The translations under genes and the position numbers were made by a program. From the NCBI GenBank assembly GCA_963575745.1, contig CAUYUJ010000154.1:62001-117490 (forward strand): DNA of 55,490 nucleotides. The letters are read 5' to 3'. Below are positions 1 to 12,300 of this stretch, one piece after another. The stretch comes from Prorocentrum cordatum (Eukaryota). The stretch's first letter is position 1. Every line of letters begins with the position of its first letter. The notes beneath the pieces were generated by a model. The model saw nothing but the letters and a program-made list of their open reading frames with translations. It was not told the origin of the DNA and ran no database searches.

Positions 1-1327
1 AATTCATAGTCTCAGAACTTGAATTAAAACCCAACGTTTCCATTAAAACCTTAGGATTTACATTGAAACATTAAGAATAATCGAGACTCTGGTCGAGACC
101 TTAAGTTTTCTTAAGCATCGCCTAAGGTGTACACACACATACACACACACGCACATACACAAATACGTTCGTGCGCCGTGGAAGGTGCGAGTGCCCCGAT
201 GGGGGGGGGGGGGGCAAGCGCCATGATTCAGAAAGCCACGCAGACAGGAGAGGGCGAGCGGGCGGGGGCCATGGCGAGGATGGAGGATGAGGAGGGCGAG
301 TATGACAAGGCATAGCCTCTGACAGCGAGTGTGGGTAGGAAGCGGGAGGGGAGTAGCGATGGCGGTGAGGGGAGGAATAAGACCGAGAAGGAGGAGGAGG
401 GGGCACTGGGAATTGGAAGGTGTTGGGAACTGCGACCAACTCACGTGCACGCAAAGGCTCCCGACGGCATGCTTGTTGTTCTCGTTACGTGCAACCCTGG
501 AGGTCTCGGCACCCTGCCCAACTGTTTCTGCTGACGGCTCCATTGTCCTGACAAGGGCCCAAGATGCCGAAGATCGCCAGCAACCTCCGCTTGCGCTTTT
601 TTTGTTGTTCACGGCACCAGGTGGCCTGGGTCACCTGCGTTGTCAACTGGGACGGATACCACCATCGCCTACCTAGAGGGCTCCCTAGTGGGGTCCGAGT
701 AGATGGGGTCGGGGGATCGAGCCGCATCGTCGAGGTATCGCCAGTGCATCGGCAACGTCAGGGTTGAGAATATCGGGCTCCGAGTCGAGCCGTATCTCCA
801 ACGCATCGGCGATGCGGCGCGAACCTCGGACCCAGATGTTCTCGGACCCCAACTGGGCGGCCTCCGCAAATACACGACGCCGCATATTCTTGAAATGGGC
901 CCGCAGAAAACTGGACCCCTTTCCCTGGTACCGGTTATTCATTTCGGGGCGACCAAGAGGGGGACGTCCAAGAGGGGGAGGTGCAAATCATGTCCGGCGG
1001 CATGGGCGCGTCCCAGGGGGGGGGCGGGGGACGTATTGAAATGAGAAGGGGCGCCATGAAATCTAGGGAGTTATCATGGCCCCCGCCATGATATCCCCCC
1101 CGCTAGCAATCACCCCCCTCGGCCGCCCCTGCTCATCCTAAAAATTGCGTGACGATCCCCAGGGCCAGTGAGGACCCCCCCGAAGCTGGAAAAACAGCGA
1201 GAAACCTCCCGCCACGATTGCTGGGAGCCCCCCCCTTGGGAGGCCTGCACCCGTGGCTCTGGCCAGCCTCGGCGGCGGGTGGGGAGGTCCGCGGTGGCAG
1301 GCGCGCGCGCGCGGAGCGCGCAAGGGC

Positions 1328-1363
1328 CTGGCACGTGGCGGGCACCATCGGCTCGGAGGCCGC
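1328..1363 (-). CDS. Host gene micro-exon G (AASEPMVPATCQ), probable
   Basis: CAG|G acceptor and CAG|GC donor; 36 nt; phase 0 at both ends; all codons end in G or C. No diagnostic motif; the terminal SDH exon is probably left of the window. Confidence 0.5.
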
Positions 1364-3528
1364 CTGTGCGCTGCGCGCGCCCGCGCGAAGCCCGCATCCT
1401 CGTGGTCGTTGCCGTGGTCACGCGGTCGCCACGGCCGTGGTCGCCGCCGTTGTCCCGATCCTTCTTGGAGGTCGGTCGGCGCAAGGAGCATCTCGGCTAC
1501 AACGCAGGTGGGAAAGGTCTTCAGACTCAGAGCAAAGATTCATTCGCGCGACAGGTGGCCTCGCCATTTTTCTCCAGACAGCCCGGACAGGCCAGGGTAG
1601 GTCGTTAGCTCCCCTTTCTCAAAGCGCTGTCGACCGCCAGGTCCCGCTGAATACCGCCTCGTTCTTCCCCTTTGCCCCCCCCAACCCCCTTCTCTCCCTC
1701 CCCCTCTCGCACCCCTACACCTCGCATCCGTTCCTCCCCGTATTTCACCCCCTCCTTTCCATACCTCCGATGTCGTGATTGTTGCTGACAACGCGAAGCC
1801 CTACCTTGCCGTCGCTCGGACGCCCATTTCCCGTACATTTGTCGGTTTCGTGCATGTTTGTTGTGCTCGATGGTCCAGGATGGTCCTCGATGGTTCTCGC
1901 CGAGAAAAAATGCACATGTCCGAGCGATGCCAAGCTTCAGGCCTGGACCCCTTCCCGTGGCTCTCATTCCGAGCCGCTTGGTCGACGGCCCCGAGGCACG
2001 GTACAGGGCGCCCATGGAGGCCAAAGGTTACGAGAATAAGCCCGTCGTAACTTTGTTCTCGACGCAAACACTAACATGTGATCCGCGGGTCGAGAGCGCA
2101 CCTCTTCTGGTCGAAGCTAAGCGGGCCGCGCGAAGCTTGAAGTAGGCAAAGAAGAGGAGGGAGGCCGAGAGGAGGCATAGCCTCGGATACAGGCGGTGCC
2201 GAAGCCGCTTCTCGACGCAAACACGTCTGTGTTCCATTCTCTGGCGGGAACCAAAAAGGTACCGATACCGCTACTCCCCGGACCTCTCCTGGGGTGCGCT
2301 CTGGCCAGAATTTCGAGGCGAATGCGGCGGTGGCGACGAGGACCTCCCAAGCGGGCCAAAACGGGGAAAATGGGCGAAGGGTTCCTGGGCAACGCAAGGG
2401 GGTATGCCTCCAATGTGGGAGTATGGCTGCAATTTGAAATGATTGTTATTCCGGGTGCCTGCGGCGGAGCCTGAAGGGATGGAGGGTCGGAATTGAATGT
2501 GAACGAGGTCCCCCAAAAGATCTGCGACACAAATCAGAAGGAACCCGGGTGAAATTACGCGAGCGCCACGTCATGGGTACCGTGGGTACCCGTTGCTCCT
2601 CCGACCCTCCCCCTCCCCGCTCCTTCCCCGCCCCCCCCTCCACAATTACATAATATGACTACTCTCCTCTCTCCCCTGACGACGTGCGGCAGATGTTCGG
2701 CCCCCCTCCGCGTATTGTTTTTTTATATACAAGATTCCCGGGAGTTGGGTTTCCGCTGGGAGTTGTTTCAAATTCATTGTCCCGCTTAAGCGCTGGCCTC
2801 ATTCTCAGGCTGCCGCTCGTTACAAATCGTGTTCCCGCTGCAACGCTGGCCTCATTTCCGCGCTGCCGCCCGTTCCGAATCGTGCTCCCGTTGCAGCGCT
2901 GGCGTCATTATTCCCAGGGCCATGCCAGGGCATGCAATGCAATGCTATGTGGTGTTCCGCTGTGCGACGCCATGCCTTCAGCTGCAACGCCATGCTATGC
3001 CATGCTACGCTTTGATCTTCAACGCCATACTATTCCATATTCTGCTCTGTGCCGCTATGCGATGCCATTCTGTGCACTGGAATGATTCGTGATGCAATTC
3101 TTCACTACGCGACGCTGGGCCATGCTATGACATACTACGCTCTGCCGTGCTATTCTACTCCCTGCTATGCCGTGCTCTACGATGCATCGCGCACCCTCTG
3201 AGTACCAGTGCCCTTCTCGACATCCGACTGCGCGAACAGAGAGGAGATCTACGCCACGGCAAGGGATGGGAGGGAGGGGCAGGACGTCAGGCATGACGCG
3301 AGCGCACCTGGCTTGCCCTCCCCCCTCCCCCCTCCACTGACCCTCCCCCCCTCCCCCCCTCCTCCCTGCCCTAGCTCCTAGGGAGGAGGAGGAGGAGGAG
3401 GAGGAGGAGGAGGAGGAGGAGGAGGAGGCGGAGGAGGAGGAGGAGGAGGAGGAGGCCGAGGAGGAGGGAGGAGGGAGGAGGAGGGAAGAGGGAGGAGGAG
3501 GGGGAGGCGCTCGGCTGCCCCATAGCGC

Positions 3529-3558
3529 CTCCCGCGGCGGGAAGTAGAACAGGTAGTC
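3529..3558 (-). CDS. Host gene micro-exon F (DYLFYFPPRE)
   Basis: GAG|G acceptor and GAG|GC donor; 30 nt. Completes the EEP motif R-L-D-Y-h-F across a 14.2-kb intron. Confidence 0.7.
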
Positions 3559-3718
3559 CTCCCCCCCCCGGGCGCCCACGCCCCACCCGCCCACCGCCGA
3601 GAGTGGCTGCCTCCTGCGTGGGGCCCGCGCGCACCTCCAGGCGCCCGGCCTCGGGACCGTCACAGACAGCTCGCGAAGAAGAACCAGTCCCAGGGGAGGG
3701 CTCTGGACCTCTGGGGTT

Positions 3719-4196
3719 AAGTCGGGCGTCGTGTCCCCCTGCAGGGGGATTTTGGGCGTTTTGTTGTTGTTGTTGTTGTTTTTATGTGTATATATATATG
3801 TGTGTATATATATATATATATATAAACAAAAATACCCCCCGAATAGGAAAACATAGTCAAAACATCGTCCCCTGACTATTTTCTGCCTATTCCTGAACAT
3901 CCCCCCTGCAGAGGGACACGCCCGACTTCACTCTGGGGCCTGCGCGACGACAAGCAACGGCGCAGCCGGGTGTCTGGGAGAGGGGTGCGCGGAGGGGCCG
4001 GCAGGGCGGCGCTGGGCTTAGGTCGGGCGTGTCCCCCTACAGGGGGATGTTCGACGAAACATCAAAAATACCTAAAAAAATCCCCAAATGGCCACAAAAT
4101 GCTCAAAAAATAGTCCCCAGACTATGTTTGGACTATTTTTGGGGTATGTTCTATTTTTCGTCGAATATCCCCCTGTAGGGGGACAGGCACGACTCA
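3719..4196. mobile_element. Two neighbouring MITEs with AGTCGGGCGTGTCCCCCTGCAGGGGGAT TIRs (3719-3928 and 4019-4196); third, interrupted copy at 35832-36239
   Basis: TIRs of about 28 bp with AT-rich interiors; flanked by TTA/TCA/TGA-like triplets, suggesting Harbinger/Tourist type (inferred). Confidence 0.75.
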
Positions 4197-4590
4197 ACGC
4201 CGGTAAAACAGGGCTAGGATCGGGATAAATCGCTCCAGAGCGTTCCGGAGCGCTCTCAGAGCGTTCCGGAACGCTCTGGAGCGGCCGCGGCGCCCAATAC
4301 ATCCTCCAAACCCGCCGATTCTCAGAGATTTCGAGTTATCCCGATCCGATTTTGTCCCGATCTTCGCGTCGTTTTAGCCGGGCCGATAGCAGGAGCGCGG
4401 GGGGTGGGCCGGTGGGGCCTCGGGCCGCGCGCCGGCGGCCCCTCCCCCGAGGCAGGCCCAGCCGGCCTCCACAGGCCGGCCCCCCTCGGGCAGGCCCCAG
4501 CTGGCCTCAGCGGGCCCCCGGAGCTGTGGATGCCACGACAGTGGGCACTCTGACAATCCTATCGTTGGATTATTTGGACGCCCCAAAAAT

Positions 4591-4939
4591 GGGCACGGAA
4601 AGAATGGGTACACCCTGCGAAATGCTTAAGAAATCATGGGTTAAGAAATTCATAGTCTCAGAACTTGAATAAAAAACCCAACATTTCCATTAAAATCTTA
4701 GGATTTCCATTGAAAAATTAAGAATAATCGAGACTGTGGCCGAAAACTTAAGTTTTCTTAAGCATCGCCTAAGGGGTACAGTGCCCAACAACAAATCTTG
4801 CCCAAAACCCGCAGCGGCCGCTGTTGGGCAGGCGGCCTTCTGTCTCGAGTGGACACGGGCCGCGGCGGCACCGACAGCGAGTCCTGCTCAAAATGAACAG
4901 GAGCTGCTGTTGGGCATTGTACCCATTCTTTCCGTACCC
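4591..4939. mobile_element. MITE whose left TIR is interrupted by the GTAC MITE
   Basis: Removing the insert restores GGGCACGGAAAGAATGGGTACAGTGCCCAACA, inverted to TGTTGGGCATTGTACCCATTCTTTCCGTACCC. Confidence 0.8.
4612..4775. mobile_element. AT-rich MITE with GTAC target duplication (second, truncated copy at 1-128)
   Basis: ATGCTTAAGAAA / TTTCTTAAGCAT inverted ends; GTAC at 4608-4611 and 4776-4779, and also at 129-132. Confidence 0.8.
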
Positions 4940-4955
4940 ACTCCGGGCGCCCAGC

Positions 4956-5819
4956 AAATTCGCCGGCCCAACGGGCCAGAGGCGTGCTAAGATCTCCGGT
5001 AACTGGTTAACAATTCTCTAGTTCGCGCGCGCGGGGCGGCCCCTGGGGGTCCCCAAACGAAAAGTACCCCGGGCGATCCCCGACCGATCCCCGGGAGACT
5101 CCCCCAGAGCGCTCCAGGAGCGCTCCATGAGCGCACCAACAGGGCTCCGAGACGTCCCCGAGAGCCCCAAGGAAGGCCAAGAGGCCCCCAAGAGGCCCCC
5201 AAGATAGTACACGAGGGGTCCGACATGCCACAAGATCGCTCCAAGACGCCCAAGATAGCCCCCAGACGCCCCAAGAGGCCTCCAAGAGCACTCCCAAGAG
5301 GGCCCCCGAAGGCAAAATTCATTGTTTTTCCTTAGGTTTTTGACAGATTTTGGAGCTTCCACCTTTTCGGCTTCCCGACGCCCCAAGACGGCCCCAAAGG
5401 CCCCCAAGATCGCCCCAAGAGGGCTCAAGAGGCCCCCAAGAGGGCCCCAAGATGGCCCAAGAGGGCTCGAAGACGGCCCAAGAAGTCTCCAAGACGGTCC
5501 AAGAGGGCCCCAAGAACGCCCCCAAAGGGGCCCCAGAGAGGGAACACGAAACAACATTTCGAGCCCTCGGCCCTAAGAAGCCCCTACGAGGCCCCAAGAG
5601 GCCCCTAAGAGGCCCCAAGAGGCCCCCACGAGGCCCTCAGGAGGCCCCCAAGAGTCCCCCAAGCGGCCCCAGGAGGCCCCCCAAATGCCCCCCCGAGCGC
5701 CCCAGGAGTCCCCCAAGCGGCCCCAGGAAACCCCAAAGCGCCGCATTGACACCAGGCCCTCGGGCAAACGGCAGACATGAGACTGTATGGGCCGGCGGAA
5801 TGAGCGAAGCGATTAATAA
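4956..5819 (+). mobile_element. Helentron/Helitron2-like non-autonomous element (CCAAGA-rich body)
   Basis: 5' AATTCGCCGGCCC is inverted to 3' GGGCCGGCGGAAT, followed by an imperfect GCGAAGC hairpin. Confidence 0.55.
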
Positions 5820-6496
5820 GGATGTGCTTAGAATGTGTTGAACATGATCTAACCATGTTTCAAGCATGTCCACAAGATAGTTAAAACATACTTGACACCT
5901 CTTTTAGACATCTGCTTGTGGATGCCACGGCCATGGACACTCTCACGATCCTATCGTTGAATTGAAGATGTGTTTCAAAAATGTGTGAAACATGCTCAAA
6001 CCATGTTTCAAGCATGTCCATAACATAGTGAAAACATCTGTGACACCTCTTTTTTAGGCATCTGGAGATTATCTGGCAGCATGCTTCCTCTCCACTGGTC
6101 GTCCTCCGCAACGCGAGGGGCGGTCTCAGCGCCCCGGCGCCACCTCCGACGGAGCGGCCACATGCTTCCTCTCCACTGATCCTCCCACTCCATCATGAGT
6201 TCCCCGTTCCTCTCCACATGCTTCCTCGCCCACATGAGATTATCTGGCAGAATGCCTCCTCTCCACTGATCCTCCCCCGTCACGCCAGGGGCGGTCTCAG
6301 CGCCCCGGCGCCGCCTCCGCGGCGGAGCCGCCGGGACGCTCCGCGCCCCCCCCGGGTGGAGGCGTCGCGTCGAGGCCCCCCCCCCCTCTCGGAACGGCCC
6401 GGGGGGATCTGCCGAGGCTGGCCAGGACTGCCTGGGGAGCTGCAGTGCGCGAGGCCAGGAGCCGCACCGTCGAGGCGTTTGACCCAAGGAACGGTG

Positions 6497-6644
6497 AACC
6501 ATCCTTGGCAAACGCTCTGGCAGCAGTCCGTCTCAAACGAATCCAAGAATGTCACCCCTGACAGTCAAATACGGATGCCCCCAACTATCCCTATTAATCA
6601 TTACCTCAGCTCTAGAAACCGACAAAATAGAACCGAGGTCCTAT
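6497..6644 (-). pseudogene. 18S rDNA fragment (degenerate; region just 3' of V4)
   Basis: The reverse complement reads ATAGGACCTCGGTTCTATTTTGTCGGTTTCTAGAGCTGAGGTAATGATTAATAGGGATAGTTGGGGGCATCCGTATTTGACTGTCAGGGGTG...TTTGCCAAGGATG, recognisable eukaryotic SSU rRNA. No flanking rDNA. Confidence 0.9.
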
Positions 6645-6952
6645 CGGAAAGAGGCCCCTTTTTCCCATCGGTTTGACTTCGATTTCCCATAGGAAACCTA
6701 GAAAGAAAAAAACCCGAGGCACAGCGTAAAACAGCTGAGGAGCACGGAGCTCCTCCCCAGCGAGAAGGGCTCCCTCTTCAGTCGAGGCGCTGACCTGAGG
6801 AACAACAAACAAGGAAAGAGGCCCCTGTTTTCCCATCAGTGAAACTTCGATCTCCCATGGCAAACCTGGAAAGAAAAACCCGAGGCACAGCGCAACACAG
6901 CGAAGGAACACGGAGCCCCTCCCCAACGAAGAAAAGGGCTCCCTCTTCGGCG
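6645..6952. repeat. Diverged tandem duplication (period about 167 bp) abutting the 18S fragment
   Basis: GGAAAGAGGCCCCT...AAACCCGAGGCACAGCG...AAGGGCTCCCTCTTC occurs at about 6646 and about 6812. Confidence 0.8.
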
Positions 6953-8462
6953 CCCCGGCTGTGCAGATGGTGGGCCTGGGCGGGGCGGTCCGGTCCAGGC
7001 CGCTCCTCGGGTCTGCGTCGGGGGAGCTTGCGAAGGGGCCCACAAACACACAAATAAATCCGTACAAATAACAGGAATGCCCACATTGATCCATACTTTC
7101 TGAGCTTCTGTCTTCCCCCCACTTCCCATCTCTTCCCATATTTTCCTGGGAGTCGACGATTAATTGTGTCTGTGTGTTTCTTTCCCTCCTGAACTTACTC
7201 GAAGCGAGGCTCACCATGGCCAACAGAGCATAGAGTGTTCCTCATCTGGCGGCGCAGGGAGGGACGGGGGAGAGAGGAGGAAGGGAAGGGAGAATGGTTA
7301 CGATGAGAAGAAAGGGGAGGGGGGCCAGGGCGGAAGGGAAGGCGGGAAGGGAGGAGCGAAGTAATCCCACCAGCCCTTTCGGGCGTGAGTGGTTTACCGA
7401 GTTCCCTCTTCCAGCCCCATTCTTCCCCTCCAGGGAGGGCTTTGCCCCTCCCCCTACCCCCTATACCCTCCCCTGGACCTGGGCGGCGGGGGGAAGGGAC
7501 TGGAGCGTCCAAGAAGATATCGGCTAATTTCACGAACACGGCCATAATGCGAACGAGACGGCCACTCAGATTGAGTAGACGAGCGCACGAACAGGAAGGA
7601 ACAGTGCTTACATCGGGGGTGGTCTGTGGAGAGAAGCGTGTGGAAACAGACGCCTCGTCGGCGCATGGAGCAGGAAGACGCCAAATCAAATCGGCTCGCA
7701 ACTTCAATTCGATATGCGCTGCGTGGCACATACATTATGAAGAAGGCATTGATGCGTTCGGTGGCCAACAACCACTTGCTGATAAACCGCGGTGCTTGCG
7801 GTTAGGCAGGCGACACTCGCCAGCGATCGATCGGAAAAACCGACAGCGAAACGACACCTGATCGATTGAACCTGGCATGCTGTCCCAAGACCTTCGACGC
7901 TCTGAGAAAGCGCGGCCCGAACACACGACCCCACTCTTTACCGCAGCGGTGCCCGAGACCCGCGCAGCCATACACGGGACAACGAAACCCGTCGCGACTG
8001 CTCATTTTGGCAAGAAGTAGATGGAACCTGACGAGGACGGGACCTGGACTCCAGGACCAAGGATCTTCACCCAAACCCAATTCCAAGGCAACTTTCTGAC
8101 AGCCCCGGGGCCGGTGGAGGACCTGGTTGCCCGAGAACGGCCAAAATCCTCGGGAGCTGTTTCCCTCAAGAAACGTTCCTCCATGGCGATGTACAGGACG
8201 CCAATTTATATGAAGGCAGGTGGGGCGCCGTGGCATCCAGCTGCAACTGTGAAACTCCCGCCCCCGCTGTTCGACGAGGTCCCGAATCCAGCCCCCCGGG
8301 ACAATCTCGATTCCAGCAACTCCGAAAGCTTTGGAGAACCACCGCGGACCTCGGACAACCACCAAGGACCGCCCAGACGTCGTCGTCCCCGTTTGGCACC
8401 GCTTCCATCATCGGCGAACCAGTTTCACCTACCAGGAAAACTGGAAACCACAGACAAATACG

Positions 8463-8507
8463 TCTGTGTGTGTGTGTGTGTCTGTGTGTGCTTGTGCGTA
8501 TGTGCGT

Positions 8508-8550
<43 letters not shown>

Positions 8551-8555
8551 TGTGT

Positions 8556-8603
<48 letters not shown>

Positions 8604-8695
8604 GCGTGTGTGCGTGTGTGCGTGTGTGCGTGTGTGCGTGCGTGTGTGTGTGTGTGCGTGTGTGCGTGTGTGTGCGTGTGTGCGCGTGTGTGCGC

Positions 8696-8747
<52 letters not shown>

Positions 8748-9190
8748 GTGTGTGTGTGTGCGTGTGCGTGTGCGTGTGTGCGTGTGTGCGTGTGCGTGTG
8801 TGCGTGTGTGCGTGTGTGCGTGTGTGCGTGTGTGCGTGTGTGCGTGTGTGCGTGTGTGCGTGTGTGTGTGCGTGTGCGTGTGTGCGTGTGTGCGTGTGTG
8901 CGTGTGTGCGTGTGTGCGTGTGTGCGTGTGTGCGTGTGTGCGTGTGCGTGCGTGTGTGCGCGTGCGCGTGTGCGCGTGTGCGTGCGCGTGCGCGTGCGCG
9001 TGCACGTGTGCGCGTGCGTGTCCGTGTGCGTGTGCGTTCGCGTGTGCGTGTGCGTGCGCGTGTGCGTGTGCGTGTGCGTGTGCGTGAGTGTTGCGCGTGT
9101 GCGCGTGCGCGTGCGTGTGCGTGTGCGTGTGCGCGTGCGTGCGTGCGTGCGTGCGTGCGCGTGTGTGCGTGCGTGTGCGTGTGCGCGCGT
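8463..9190. repeat. (TG)n / (TGCG)n compound microsatellite
   Basis: Seen directly. Confidence 0.97.
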
Positions 9191-9327
9191 CGCACGCCAC
9201 GGGGCACGATGCGCGAAGATGGGCGGAGGAAGAGGAGGGGGAGGAGGAGGGGGGGGAGGGGGGGAGGAGGAGGAGGAGGAGGAGAATGAGAATGATAATG
9301 CGCTACCACGGAGTGATCCAACTGAAA

Positions 9328-12300
9328 CTACCTCGCTGCCCTTGCTGCCTGCTGGGCGCGAGCCAGGGCCTTCGGCCATTCGCCACGCTTGATTCGTCGA
9401 AGATATTCCCTCCGAGCATCGGTGAGCTGACGAGGCTCACAAAGACCCTGAAGACCAGCACCCAGGACTATTATGCTCACTACTATAACAACCGCAACTA
9501 CTGCAGAACCATATACCGAGGGTGCAATGAAAAGCCATGTGATGTGTTTCGTGCACCCAGCCCCCACCTATATGCAAGTGCTGACCGACAGGGAGGTGGA
9601 AAACATGAGCATCCCCAGGAGTGAGCAGAAAGCACGGGGACCGACGCCGCCTCATCAAGGCCGCGTCAATGGCAGATCCCCGACAACGACGGCACCTCTT
9701 CCCGCTCTCATCCAGGGCGTGGTCCGTCTCGAACGCAGTGACAACATTCACCGATGGCGGAGGGGGAGGAGGAGGAGGAAGAGAAGGCCCCGCCTGTGTC
9801 GAACTCCTCGAGGTGGGGGGCTTCGCGGCAGCTGCAGCGTTGAGGGCCTCAAGGCCCGCGCGGAGGAGGCGGCGCCTGAGGGGCAGGGTGTCTTTTTCCA
9901 CCGTCCAGACCTTCGCCCGCAATGCTTCGGGGAGTCGAGCGGACTTCGCGGCCTCTCCAGCCAGTGCGTCCGCCGCCGTGTTGCCAACCGTGAGAAACAG
10001 AGGCACTTTCTTTTCTAATTCCTTTTCTGCCGTCAAATGGGATGCATCCTGGAGAACCGCAATCTGTGACGTGTCACGGTCCTGGTCTCTGGGCTGCTTT
10101 CGGATCATGCCCCAGATCCCCATGTTGTCCCCCGATGGTTCTAGATAGCCCAGCAGACCATCCGTCGGCGACGGCAGAGTTATCTATAACATAGATCAGG
10201 GACCCCGCACTGTACGTAATAGCCAGAAGGGGCCCGTAAAGTTCCCCACGAGGTACTGTTTCCCTACGCCCAGGAAGAGGCCCGAGGATAGCAGAGCGGG
10301 CACTTGGGGGACTGTAAGAGCTCATATTGGCGACTCCGATGCCGATGCGACGAAAGCGAGGTTCACGTGCATCTGGCCCGCCACTGGCATCACCGAATAC
10401 CACAAGCGGTCTATCTTCACGCCCACGGCCCAAAAAGGAACCGTGCAACTGATCATCATTAGTACCATTGAAGAAAAGCAAAGAGGGCACGTCCGAAGGT
10501 GGGGGGATCGCCGTCCAAGCCTTCGGGATCAAGCCTCTGTGCCAGTAGCAAGCCTCGCTCTCGTGCAACGTCTGAGCGCGCGGGGCCAAGTAGTCGGAAT
10601 CGACAAAGGCCTTCGCACTCGTATTGCATGCGCATGTCCAAAAGCGGTGAAACGCTGTCTCAGCACCTTCGTGGCACCGATGGCATTGAACATCAATATT
10701 GGTTCTGGTCTCGTCGGCGACTCGCTGCCGTGGCCAAAACCCCCCCGTAGCTATGTTGACCATGACCTCCGCGAGCCGATGGCCGTTCTTACACAAGCGG
10801 ATACCCTGGATGAACTTACGGTAGCTATATTTGTCGACACCGTCGGCCATCCCCTCCCCGCAATAGTGAATAGACGCGCGAGACCAGCACCTAACTTGAA
10901 ATGCGCATTCAAAGTCGTCAAGAATGTCTGAGTAGCCCTCGAAGCCCGAGAGGTCAAGCTCCGAAAACTCCCGCGTGAAATCAGGAGTGTCCCAAAGGTT
11001 CGGCGCCTGCGGGTCCCATCCAGCCTCCAGAAGGTGTCCAATAATGGCCGCTATGGGCCCCCTGATCTGCCGAGAAACCTGCGACGGCGATATGCTACGA
11101 AGTTGTTCGACGATGCGGGGCCACGCCAAGTTGACCATCGGCCGAATCGCTGGAGTACTGAACCAGACAGACAGCCATAAACGAAGTGCTTCTCTAGGAA
11201 ACTTAACTCCTGGATCTTGCCCTGGAACTTTAAGATCGAGAAGAGTGGTGAGGCATCTCCCTTTGGCCTTAGAACCCAAAGAGGCCCCAGGACGACGACA
11301 AAACTGCTGACGGTAACATCCAAACGCTCCGTGCACTTGGTGGCCGTACGATCCTGCAGCCTGGGCGCCAGCTCTCTCAAGCCGGCCGGTCACAAAGTAT
11401 TGTTTGGACGCACGAGCGAAACGTCGAATCTTGGCATTCATACCGCTGGCTTTCGCTTGCCGTTTATATCGAACCTGCCTAGCTGGCCGACCGTTCCCAA
11501 GGTCCACGCCGAGATACGGGGCCTGCCGAACAGCAGACACACAGATGCCTACCTTCTGCAGCTGCCGTGAGACAAAACGCCCGTCCGCGGGTCTGGAGCA
11601 CATCGGCACACTTCTAGGCGGCGCCTTGAGACCAACCTCGCCGAGCTTGTTGCATGTATCCCGAAGAACGCGAAACAGTTGAGCTCTGACAACACGACGT
11701 GACCCAAGGATCGCCAATCCAGATCCGCATCGACATGCCCACGTGGGCCGTCGAAATTTGCTGGATAATGAAATATACCATGCAACGTGCAAAGCGGGTG
11801 CCTCCTCGTAATCCTTGCACGATACTTCGCGACGGTTGAAGAGCCTGAAAGAAACTACCACATTGGCCAAGGGTCCTTGGGCAGATACAATTTTGAAGTT
11901 CAAGGGCCAGAACCGTCGGGGGGAAGTTCAGCTTCCAAGCAAAACGCACCAAAACAGCCCACCAAATGGAATCGTAAAACCCCTCCACGTCAAGGAGCCC
12001 ATGGCCGTTGTCCGTGCCGAGCTTGAAATAGGCTTCGTCATGAAGCGCACGGAGGAATGCTTCACGAAGCGAAGAGTTGCTTCGGACGGCCGCGTCCCAC
12101 GCAGGCTCTGCCGAGGAAGACCAGGAGCGGGCATCTTCTTCACGGGCCAGTGACCACACTCTTGTGAGCATGGTCAAAAGCCCGATCACCCTGTCCCCTC
12201 CCGACTTCTTCGGCAGTAGCCGACCTGGGACCATCAGCATTTGCCGAGGCCACGTCAGCTGGGCCTCGCAGGCCACAAGAAGAGAAGTAAGCTGCTCGAT

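Noticed and set aside
6497..6644. Functional rRNA gene
   Set aside because: Only about 150 nt, with substitutions in conserved positions and no adjacent rDNA.
8021..9392. Long Cys/Val and His/Thr ORFs
   Set aside because: They are translations of the (TG)n/(TGCG)n microsatellite.
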